Source of the DNA: a virus
DNA length: 64,000 nucleotides
Virus record (IMG/VR): IMGVR_UViG_3300022842_000007
Coordinates: 28,111-92,110 of that record
Direction: 5' to 3' (one strand)
Position numbers and translations under genes: made by a program
Part shown: positions 38,315 through 46,848 of the stretch, piece after piece
Layout of the letters: each line of letters begins with the position of its first letter
Position numbering within the stretch: position 1 is the stretch's first letter
The notes under the pieces: model-generated
Seen by the model: only the letters and a program-made list of their open reading frames with translations
The model's database searches: none
Told to the model about the DNA's origin: nothing

Positions 38315-41300
38315 ATGGCACTAACATCACCAGGCGTACAAGTATCGATAATTGATGAAAGTCAATATCTGGCAGGGGCTCCTGCATCAATCCCATTTAT
38401 TGTTTTAGCAACAGCAGAAAACAAAGCGGACCCAACAAGTACCGGCACAGCGGCGGCAACCACTGCGGCTAATGCAGGTAAAATGTATAGAGTTACAAGT
38501 CAACGCGACCTGGTTACTTTATATGGAAACCCATTCTTCTATTCTTCAGCAAGCGGAACAGCACTTCAAGGATATGAATTAAATGAATACGGTTTGTTAG
38601 CGGCTTACTCAGCACTTGGTATTTCTAATCAAGTTTTCTGTTTAAGAGCAGACATTGATCTAGCTAGTTTAGTGGGATCAACAGGTCGCCCAACAGGAGC
38701 TCCTAAAAACGGTTCTTACTGGTTAGACACAACTAGTTCTACTTGGGGAATTAACGAATTTAATGCAACAACCGGCGCATTTACTGCAACGGCACCAACT
38801 GTTATATCACTATCTACTTTAGTATCAGCTGGCGCACCATTATCATCAATCGGAAATATCGGTGATTATGCAATTGTATCAATCCCTGATTATACATTAC
38901 CAAATTCATCTACTGCACCAACTTATTGGTACAAAGATCGCACTAACACTTGGGTAGGCATAGGAAGTACAGGATGGCTTTCTGCTCATCCTGCACTTCA
39001 AAGTACAGTTTCAGATCCTGTACTAACAGCTACTGATACTGTTACTTTCGTTCTAAACGGAACAAACAGTGCAGTGCTTACTGTTTCGGCAGCACCTAAC
39101 AACACTGTAGCAGACTTAGCATCACAGATTAATGCATTGAATTGGAAGTGGATCTCAGCGGCAGTAGAGTCTGGTAAACTTACTATCTATTCTGCTCAAA
39201 CAGGTGGAAGCACAGTCGATCCTTACTACGTTAGATTTAACGATGCAGGCTCCGGCGACACCATTATGGCTGATTTAGGATTTACTGGTACTACAGTAAC
39301 TGGATTTCAACCTAAAGCATTCTACGGCACATCTGCTCAACAACCATCATGGCAAGTTGGGCAGGCTGCACCAGCTCCAACTGGATCTGTTTGGGTTAAA
39401 GTAGCAGGAACTGGCTTACAGCCAGTTATCTCAGAGTATGATTCAACATCTATATCATATACTGCAAAGACACCAACATTTGCTTCAAGTGACTGGGCAC
39501 AGATTTATGCTTCAGACTCAACAGGCGGACAAGCAATACCAGCTGGTAGTGTTTATGCACAGTATGGATTTGATTCAGATTACTTAGCTAGCCCACTTTA
39601 CTATTTCTACAGAGCCACAACAGGTGCAACTACAGTTCAGGGTACTAATACGACTCCTGACTTTACATCTGGTCCTTACGTTGCTTCTGTTCAAATTACT
39701 ACACCTGGCGCTTCTGCACTAAGTACTAAGTACACATTTAATCTAGCAAATAACACTGATGCAACAGACTTTGTAACTTCATGGCAATCAATGAATCTTC
39801 CTTATACATCAGCGACAGTTAATGATGACGGAACTATAACACTATCTCACACAGCAGGTGGAGTTATTGTATTAGATGATTTTTCTGATTCTACCGGTGT
39901 ATCTTCTGGTCTCTGGTTAGAAGCAGGATTCGAAGATGCAACAGTCGGATGCAAACCTGGACCATTCAGAAATGATATTTCATTCTCTGTAACACAAAGT
40001 TCAACTACAGGGTCAGGCGCAGGCTTAAACATTGCTGTATCAAACGATTATGGCTACTATACTTTCGAACCAACAAGTGTTGGTTCAGGTGGTACTGGTC
40101 ATGCAGTCGGAGATCAAGTTACGTTCTTAGGCTCTGGCTTAGGTGGAGCTACAACAGCTAATGATTTAGTCGTTGTTGTTTCTTCTGTGAATGCTGGCGT
40201 AGTTACTTCTTATACTTGGTTCTCAGGTGTAGGTGCAAACGCATTTACAGTTCAATTGTCTAACTGGAAAGAGTTTTCTGTTACTACAACAGGCGCGAAT
40301 TCATTGACAGCGAACGAAGGCGCTCCAACAGCAGTCCCAACTAACATGGCTAACTGGTATTACTCATCAACTGATCAAGTTGATATTATGGTAAACTACG
40401 GTGGCGGATGGAAGGGTTATAAAAATCAAGGATATGATGCAAATGGATTACCTAGCCCATCAGTAGCTAACGCAACTAATGCAAATGGTCCACTAGTAAG
40501 TGCGACTGAGCCGACTACACAAGATAATGCTGGCTTATCAGCATTAGTATACGGCGATCTTTGGTTAAGCACTGCTGATTTAGAACGGTATCCTCTTCTG
40601 TATAGATATCAACAAATTACTCAAGTAGGTGGCGGATCAGCAACTGATGAATGGGTGTTAATAGACAACTCAGATCAAACTAATCCATCTGGAATTTTGT
40701 TTAATGACGTTCGTTGGGCAACTAATGCTACAACTAACCCAGCAAATGATCCAATTCCAACTGTTATCTCATTGCTATCAAGTGATTACGCAGATATTGA
40801 TGCTCCTTCAGAAGCAAACTACCCACAAGGTATGTTAGTTTGGAACACAAGACGTTCTAGTTACAATGTAAAACAGTACAGAGTTAACTGGTTTAATGCT
40901 GACAGATTCCCAAATAAAGTTCTTCCTTCTGAGAAGGATGCATGGGTAACTGCTTCAGGCGAACAATCAAACGGCGCTATGTATGCAGGTCGTAAAGCAC
41001 AAAGAGCAATGGTTGTACAGTCAATGAGGTCAGCGATAGACAGCAATACGGCTATCAGAGATGAAGATAACTTCTTCAATTTACAAGCATCTCCGAACTA
41101 CCCAGAACTACAACCCAATATGATTGCGTTGAACTCTGACAGAGGTGAGACATCTTACATTGTTGGTGATACTCCAATGAGACTTAAAGATGATGCAACT
41201 GAAATTCAGGCTTGGGCAACTAACACAGCGTTAGCGGCTTCTACAGGAGAAGACGGACTTGTAACTAGAAATACTTACATGGGTCTATTCTATCCATCGG

Positions 41301-41926
41301 GTATCACTACTGACTTAGCAGGTAAATTAGTGGCTGTTCCATCATCACACATGATGATAAGAACAATGTTGCGTAACGATAATGTTGCTTATCCTTGGTT
41401 AGCTCCAGCGGGAACTAGACGTGGACTTATTGACAATGCGGCAAACATTGGTTATCTTGATGCAGAGGGCGAGTTCCAAGCAATAAGAACACGCATTGGT
41501 ATCAGAGATGTGTTATACACAAACTTTATCAACCCAATGGTATTCTTCACAGGTAATGGTTTATTGAACTATGGTAACAAAACATCATTCAATTCATCAT
41601 CTGCACTTGATAGAATCAACGTAGCACGATTGATTGCTTACATACGTAGACAATTGATATTAGCGGCGAGACCATTCGTATTCGAACCAAACGATGCTCA
41701 AACAAGAAAGTCTATTACATCAGTAGTAGAGTCATTGTTCCAGGATCTAGTTTCAACACGTGGTTTGTATGACTATTCAATTGTTTGTGATTCATCTAAC
41801 AATACACCAGCAAGAATAGATAGAAATGAACTTTGGATCGACATAGCAGTGGAGCCAGTCAAGGCGGCTGAATTCATCTATGTTCCAGTTAGAATATTCA
41901 ACACTGGCGAATTATCAGGTTCATAA
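38315..41926 (+). CDS. gp18: Tail sheath protein (gp18), with large insertions
   Basis: SPGVQV..IDES N-terminus; PWLAPAG.RRG, DRINVARL, FVFEPND, CDSSNNTP..IDRNEL, PVKAAEFIY. Confidence 0.95.
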   Translation: MALTSPGVQVSIIDESQYLAGAPASIPFIVLATAENKADPTSTGTAAATTAANAGKMYRVTSQRDLVTLYGNPFFYSSASGTALQGYELNEYGLLAAYSALGISNQVFCLRADIDLASLVGSTGRPTGAPKNGSYWLDTTSSTWGINEFNATTGAFTATAPTVISLSTLVSAGAPLSSIGNIGDYAIVSIPDYTLPNSSTAPTYWYKDRTNTWVGIGSTGWLSAHPALQSTVSDPVLTATDTVTFVLNGTNSAVLTVSAAPNNTVADLASQINALNWKWISAAVESGKLTIYSAQTGGSTVDPYYVRFNDAGSGDTIMADLGFTGTTVTGFQPKAFYGTSAQQPSWQVGQAAPAPTGSVWVKVAGTGLQPVISEYDSTSISYTAKTPTFASSDWAQIYASDSTGGQAIPAGSVYAQYGFDSDYLASPLYYFYRATTGATTVQGTNTTPDFTSGPYVASVQITTPGASALSTKYTFNLANNTDATDFVTSWQSMNLPYTSATVNDDGTITLSHTAGGVIVLDDFSDSTGVSSGLWLEAGFEDATVGCKPGPFRNDISFSVTQSSTTGSGAGLNIAVSNDYGYYTFEPTSVGSGGTGHAVGDQVTFLGSGLGGATTANDLVVVVSSVNAGVVTSYTWFSGVGANAFTVQLSNWKEFSVTTTGANSLTANEGAPTAVPTNMANWYYSSTDQVDIMVNYGGGWKGYKNQGYDANGLPSPSVANATNANGPLVSATEPTTQDNAGLSALVYGDLWLSTADLERYPLLYRYQQITQVGGGSATDEWVLIDNSDQTNPSGILFNDVRWATNATTNPANDPIPTVISLLSSDYADIDAPSEANYPQGMLVWNTRRSSYNVKQYRVNWFNADRFPNKVLPSEKDAWVTASGEQSNGAMYAGRKAQRAMVVQSMRSAIDSNTAIRDEDNFFNLQASPNYPELQPNMIALNSDRGETSYIVGDTPMRLKDDATEIQAWATNTALAASTGEDGLVTRNTYMGLFYPSGITTDLAGKLVAVPSSHMMIRTMLRNDNVAYPWLAPAGTRRGLIDNAANIGYLDAEGEFQAIRTRIGIRDVLYTNFINPMVFFTGNGLLNYGNKTSFNSSSALDRINVARLIAYIRRQLILAARPFVFEPNDAQTRKSITSVVESLFQDLVSTRGLYDYSIVCDSSNNTPARIDRNELWIDIAVEPVKAAEFIYVPVRIFNTGELSGS

Positions 41927-41931
41927 GAAAT

Positions 41932-41960
41932 ATCAAAGAGGCTTCGGCCTCTTTGATTTT
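41932..41960 (+). terminator. Terminator between sheath and tube
   Basis: ATCAAAGAGGC-TTCG-GCCTCTTTGAT-TTT; a late promoter follows at 41965-41972. Confidence 0.8.
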
Positions 41961-42007
41961 AAAAGATAAATATATATAGATATATTTAATATTAGGAGAT
42001 TAATAAC

Positions 42008-42658
42008 ATGGCATCAGCCTCAGAGACATTAGCAAAACTATCGGTTAATACCGATGACGCAACCGGTAATCAAAGCCTATTGATGCCGAAACTTCAATAT
42101 AGGTTCCGGGTGAACTTTGTTGGGTTTGGTAATATAGGTGCAACGAACGAAGAACTTTCCCTTACACGACAAGTAATTGATTGTGCTAGACCACAAGTTC
42201 AATTCGATCAGATTACATTGAATGCATATAATTCACGTGTTTATCTAGCTGGTAAGCACACATGGCAAACCCTTGCTCTCAACGTCAGAGATGATGCTTC
42301 AGGTTTAGTATCTCAAGCAGTTGGCGCACAGTTACAACGTCAATTAGATTTCTACGAGCAGTCTTCTGCCCCAACTGGTTCAGACTACAAGTTCCAAATG
42401 GAAATTCAAATCTTAGATGGTGGTAACGGCGTTACTACACCAAACGTTTTGGAAAACTGGTCAGTAGCAGGTTGTTTCTTACAGCAAGCAAACTATCAGC
42501 AACTTAACTATGGAACATCTGACGCGGTGTCCATTGCATTGACAATCCAGTTCGACAATGCAGTTCAAACAAATGGATCGGAAGGATCATTAGATTCTTT
42601 ACCTGGCGCAGGTGTAGGACAATCAGGCATCTTAACAACAGGTGGTACAACTGTCTAA
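42008..42658 (+). CDS. gp19: Tail tube protein (gp19)
   Basis: YRFRV.F, YLAGKHTW..L..RDD, W...GCF, LTIQFDNA; follows the sheath. Confidence 0.9.
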   Translation: MASASETLAKLSVNTDDATGNQSLLMPKLQYRFRVNFVGFGNIGATNEELSLTRQVIDCARPQVQFDQITLNAYNSRVYLAGKHTWQTLALNVRDDASGLVSQAVGAQLQRQLDFYEQSSAPTGSDYKFQMEIQILDGGNGVTTPNVLENWSVAGCFLQQANYQQLNYGTSDAVSIALTIQFDNAVQTNGSEGSLDSLPGAGVGQSGILTTGGTTV

Positions 42659-42683
42659 ATTATAGACATTTTAACATTAAAAG

Positions 42684-42705
42684 AACTGGGCCTCCCAGTT
42701 TTTTT
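42684..42705 (+). terminator. Rho-independent terminator
   Basis: AACTGGG-CCT-CCCAGTT-TTTTT. Confidence 0.75.
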
Positions 42706-42750
42706 ATGGCTTTTATCTTTAGATAAATAATACTATAGGAGATAATATAA

Positions 42751-43935
42751 ATGGGTGCATTAGACGGAGTAGTATCCGGAATTAAAAGAGACATTTTGGG
42801 CCAAACATACTTGCGTGATTATACTCATGCGTCCAAGATATTCTTGCCGGGCAGTCAGAGTAATGCTCCGAAAGTCAAATTTATATTTCATACCTATTTT
42901 GAAATCAATGAGCAGGCATGGAAACCACCCACTGGACAAAACTATGGTCTACTAGTAAAACAAGTTAAGTTACCTTCTTTTAGTTTTGACACCACTGAAC
43001 TTAATCAGTATAATCGAAAACGCATAATTCAATCTAAAATTAAATATCAACCGATAGACATTGTATTCCACGATGACAATGCATCACAAATGACTGCGAT
43101 GTGGAATGCTTACTATCAGTATAATTACGCTGATTCTTGGAATCCAGAAGTTAACACTACTACCACTGGCGTAGATCGAACAAAGGCTTATAATAGGCGT
43201 AACATATACGATCCTTCTTTGACTGAAGACATGCAATACGGGTATAGGGGTGGGTCTACCAATGATAATACGACTGATCTAAATCCAAACTTTGGTTCAA
43301 AAGTTCCTTTCTTTAACAATATTACTATATACGGCATGTGGCAGGGTAAATTCTTGTCATATACATTAATCAATCCTATTATAACAAATTTTGCACATGA
43401 TACGTATGATTACAATGAAGGTGGCGGCATCATGCAAAACACAATGACATTTGATTATGAAACTGTCATATACAACACCGGCCAGATAGATGATGATGAA
43501 AAGACAGCAGATGTTGTAGGATTTGCAGATCAGTCAAACTACGATCTTTCGCCAAGCCCACTCGCTAGCGGTCCTCTAAATTCTCTATCGGATGTTCTCA
43601 AGAGAATGGCTAGTATGGACTCTATTAGTATTGCTGAGTTATATGCATTACAGAAAAGAATATCCTCAGGTGAATTTACAGAAAATGGGATAAACGAAGC
43701 AAGGAACGGACTTCAAGCCTTGATCTTAAATAGAATTGCAGGTGGCAACATGACATTCAAAGAGGCATTCTTCCCAACAAATGGTGTTAGTGGAACGATG
43801 GTCAACATTGCTAACCAAGGCACTGTTACAGGTACAATCCCAGTTTCAGCCGAAGCAGGTGAACCACTTACCGCAGGACAACAAGTTTTTAATCAAGCCG
43901 CGACTCTAGTAGTCGGACGATTGTTGGGAGGCTAA
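42751..43935 (+). CDS. Tube-like baseplate hub/tail-tube initiator (gp48/gp54-like)
   Basis: Tube-fold motifs LVKQVKLP, YQPIDIVFHDD, LINPIIT.F.HD, MTFDYE; late promoter 42722-42729. Confidence 0.7.
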   Translation: MGALDGVVSGIKRDILGQTYLRDYTHASKIFLPGSQSNAPKVKFIFHTYFEINEQAWKPPTGQNYGLLVKQVKLPSFSFDTTELNQYNRKRIIQSKIKYQPIDIVFHDDNASQMTAMWNAYYQYNYADSWNPEVNTTTTGVDRTKAYNRRNIYDPSLTEDMQYGYRGGSTNDNTTDLNPNFGSKVPFFNNITIYGMWQGKFLSYTLINPIITNFAHDTYDYNEGGGIMQNTMTFDYETVIYNTGQIDDDEKTADVVGFADQSNYDLSPSPLASGPLNSLSDVLKRMASMDSISIAELYALQKRISSGEFTENGINEARNGLQALILNRIAGGNMTFKEAFFPTNGVSGTMVNIANQGTVTGTIPVSAEAGEPLTAGQQVFNQAATLVVGRLLGG

Positions 43936-43938
43936 ACA

Positions 43939-44316
43939 ATGGCATTAGATATAACACAGCAAGAGACTACGGTAGAAATATTCGACACGTTTTACTCAAC
44001 AAAAGTAACAGTGCCAGCTGATCAATGGGACGTGGTAAATTCATATTTTGCAGGCGTGTTAAAGGGCGATCCTAATTCAGCATCAGCAAAAAAGACAGCA
44101 TCACAATTTGCAACAGTACTCTTTAGAATAGCACAAGAGACTGGCACCGACATCATGGTATTCATGGATTACTTCAGAACTAACGTAACAACAAAATTAC
44201 AAGTAACAGAAGAAATGGCATTTTATCTTAATCTATTGAAGTCCAAAACAGCATTGTACGGAATATCTCAAGTACCTATTCCGAATCAAACAGTTCAACG
44301 AAATGTAATTCCATAA
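43939..44316 (+). CDS. Hypothetical (baseplate-region) protein
   Basis: GGAGG RBS; in a structural operon. Confidence 0.7.
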   Translation: MALDITQQETTVEIFDTFYSTKVTVPADQWDVVNSYFAGVLKGDPNSASAKKTASQFATVLFRIAQETGTDIMVFMDYFRTNVTTKLQVTEEMAFYLNLLKSKTALYGISQVPIPNQTVQRNVIP

Positions 44317-44326
44317 GGTTTACTTA

Positions 44327-44776
44327 ATGGCGCGCAAACGTAAATACGCAAACGGTATCTATACAATAAAAAATCCAGCAAAGTATGTAGGCAAGGGCAA
44401 GCCTAGATACAGATCGGGATGGGAACTTACGTTTATGATTTTTTGTGATAACAATGACAAGATACTCAACTGGGCGAGTGAATCATTAGTTATACCATAC
44501 ATACACCCTTTTACTGGTAAACGTACTAATTATATACCTGACTTCTTTATTGTTTATCAAGACAAATATGGTAAAACAAGAGCAGAGTTAATAGAGATTA
44601 AACCAAAGAAAGAAAGCATTATTGAAGCTAAAGTTGCAAACGCAAGAACACAGGCAATCGTAGCAATTAATCATGCTAAGTGGAGATCAGCACAGGCGTA
44701 CTGTAAGGCACAGGGATTGGTTTTCCGTGTCGTAACTGAAGATGACATCTGGTACCAAGGCGGGAAAAAGAGATAA
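44327..44776 (+). CDS. gp4: Head completion nuclease (gp4, TnsA-N-like)
   Basis: KNPAKYVG, YRSGWE, WASE, YIPDF, IEIKP, N.AKW..A, F.VVTE. Confidence 0.9.
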   Translation: MARKRKYANGIYTIKNPAKYVGKGKPRYRSGWELTFMIFCDNNDKILNWASESLVIPYIHPFTGKRTNYIPDFFIVYQDKYGKTRAELIEIKPKKESIIEAKVANARTQAIVAINHAKWRSAQAYCKAQGLVFRVVTEDDIWYQGGKKR

Positions 44777-45646
44777 ATAAAAGTGTAGATCGCGATACTG
44801 TAATATCCATCTACTCTAACAGCTTAAAAGGAGCCACCAGCAATGATATTTATTAAAAACAAATACACAAAAACATATTATAGCATTATATCTATTGCAT
44901 CCACCAGAACGGTATCTAAAGAAATTTATACAGAAAAGCATCATGTAATCCCTAAATCTTTGGGTGGTGACAACAGCAAAAGTAATTTATCTGTGTTAAC
45001 TGCTCGCGAGCATTTTATATGCCACTTACTATTAACAAAAATGCTAACAGGGCCCGCAAAATCTAAAATGGTATATGCGCTTAGTATGCTAATGAATGGT
45101 AAGCGGATAGGAAAGCGCAGTGATTACACCATAAATGGACGGTGGTATGCACACGCTAAGATATTAGTTGCTAACGCCACCACCGAATACTGGACACCCA
45201 AGCGACGGAAAACTAGATCAGAACAAGTTACTGCATATTATGCAAAGGTTGATAAAACAACAGAGGCATACAAGAATCGCAATAACAGCATACGAGAATA
45301 TCAGCTTAATAAAGTATGGACACAAAAGGCAATAGACAATAGACTTGCAAACTGTTTAAAATCAGCAGTTAAAAGCAAAGGTGTTAAAAATCCAGAGCAT
45401 AGTCAGCGGTTGAAGGGTGGAACCCAAACAGCAGAATCTAATGCCAAGCGATCAGCATCACTTCGGGGCAGAAAAACATCTTCGGGTTCCTTAGGTCATA
45501 CCTGGTCTGATGAAACTAAACAAAAGATGTCAGAATCCCAAAAGAATGTGCCATTATGGGAATGCCCACATTGTAATATAAGGGTACGAGCTAGCCATTT
45601 TAAAAGGTGGCATAATGACAACTGTAAGCACAAGACCACAAAATGA
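44772..45646 (+). mobile_element. Free-standing homing endonuclease cassette (late promoter, hairpin leader, HNH gene)
   Basis: Interrupts a run of morphogenesis genes; own GATAAATA and structured leader. Confidence 0.6.
44843..45646 (+). CDS. HNH homing endonuclease with NUMOD3-type repeats
   Basis: EKHHVIPKSLGG...NL..LTAREHFICH; HTWSDETKQKMS; C-terminal CPHC...WHNDNC. Confidence 0.9.
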   Translation: MIFIKNKYTKTYYSIISIASTRTVSKEIYTEKHHVIPKSLGGDNSKSNLSVLTAREHFICHLLLTKMLTGPAKSKMVYALSMLMNGKRIGKRSDYTINGRWYAHAKILVANATTEYWTPKRRKTRSEQVTAYYAKVDKTTEAYKNRNNSIREYQLNKVWTQKAIDNRLANCLKSAVKSKGVKNPEHSQRLKGGTQTAESNAKRSASLRGRKTSSGSLGHTWSDETKQKMSESQKNVPLWECPHCNIRVRASHFKRWHNDNCKHKTTK

Positions 45647-45680
45647 TTTTCGTGCTGCCGGCATTAAGCTAAATACATAT

Positions 45681-46190
45681 ATGACTAACAAACTTGAAGA
45701 ACTTTTTGATCTAGCAGTAAGTGAAAGAAATAATGAAGGCAATGAACTGGCGGAACCGTTACCTGATCAAACCGGAGACGTTACTCTGGAAGCTATAAAC
45801 AGTCTCGAAAAGATAGATCAGGCACTGCCAACTGTTAGAGGATTAGACGCATCTGATGCGGAGATGGATGAACTGTCTGATATGGCAAAAGATAGTTACA
45901 GAGATTTGATGGATTTAGGCATGCAAGTAGACTCTCGTTTCAGTGGAGACATTTTCAGTGTAGCTAGTACCATGTTAAGTCATGCTATCACTGCTAAAAC
46001 TGCCAAACTAAACAAGAAATTAAAGATGATTGATTTGCAATTAAAAAAAGTCACATTAGAGCAACGTCAATCAAAAGTAGATGAAAAACTAAACAACATA
46101 CCTCTAGGCGAGATCGGAGGGGACGGTGGTCAGAATCTGTCTCGCAATGAATTACTGCGTCTTTTAAATCCGAAAATCTCAGAGGAATGA
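45681..46190 (+). CDS. Probable terminase small subunit (gp16-like); start MTNKLEE
   Basis: Helical pattern DLMDLG.....DIFSVA..ML......KMIDLQ.KK resembling T4-like gp16; leaderless late promoter at 45668-45675. Confidence 0.45.
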   Translation: MTNKLEELFDLAVSERNNEGNELAEPLPDQTGDVTLEAINSLEKIDQALPTVRGLDASDAEMDELSDMAKDSYRDLMDLGMQVDSRFSGDIFSVASTMLSHAITAKTAKLNKKLKMIDLQLKKVTLEQRQSKVDEKLNNIPLGEIGGDGGQNLSRNELLRLLNPKISEE

Positions 46191-46217
46191 TAAATATATT
46201 ACACGGGAACAAAACAT

Positions 46218-46838
46218 ATGAGAAGTCTTAAACAATACATTGCAGAAAGCGTCCACACTTATGATTATACAATCAAAGTTGCAGGTGACGTAGAGAAACA
46301 GTTTTTAGAGTTGTTTAAATACAACCTAGACAAGTTCTCCCCCATCGACATTAAAGGTCCAACCTCAACGCCAGTGCAAAAAGATCCATATGGATTTCCT
46401 AATCTTAATAATGAACCTGTTCATATTTTTAAGTGTAAATTTGCATATCCCTGCACTGAACCAATGGTTCAGCAGATGGCACAATTATTAGGTCACAATA
46501 TTAATTATGTTCGTATGGTACCAACAGCGTTCAACGATAGCATCAATAACGAAATGGACCAGTATGAAAATCAAGCATCTCATTCCCCTCTATTAGATCA
46601 TCCAGATCTGGAAGACAACGGAAAAGAAGCCGCCGACGAATATGGTAACAAGTATATTAATAGTATCAAAGCTCAATCAGAAGACCAAAAGAAAATAGGC
46701 CTGCCAGTTGATCAACGAAATACTAAAGATGCATTTGATCCTTGGAAGCCCTGGACAGATGATCAACAAGGCGGAAACAAAAGCCCAATGACTGATATTA
46801 AACGGGCTCCTAAGCCTGAAACTTCGGCTGGGTACTAA
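46218..46838 (+). CDS. Putative internal head protein with a capsid-targeting sequence
   Basis: MRSLKQYIAE closely resembles the T4 internal-protein CTS MKTYQEFIAE; late promoter 46189-46196. Confidence 0.6.
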   Translation: MRSLKQYIAESVHTYDYTIKVAGDVEKQFLELFKYNLDKFSPIDIKGPTSTPVQKDPYGFPNLNNEPVHIFKCKFAYPCTEPMVQQMAQLLGHNINYVRMVPTAFNDSINNEMDQYENQASHSPLLDHPDLEDNGKEAADEYGNKYINSIKAQSEDQKKIGLPVDQRNTKDAFDPWKPWTDDQQGGNKSPMTDIKRAPKPETSAGY

Positions 46839-46848
46839 GGAAAAAATT

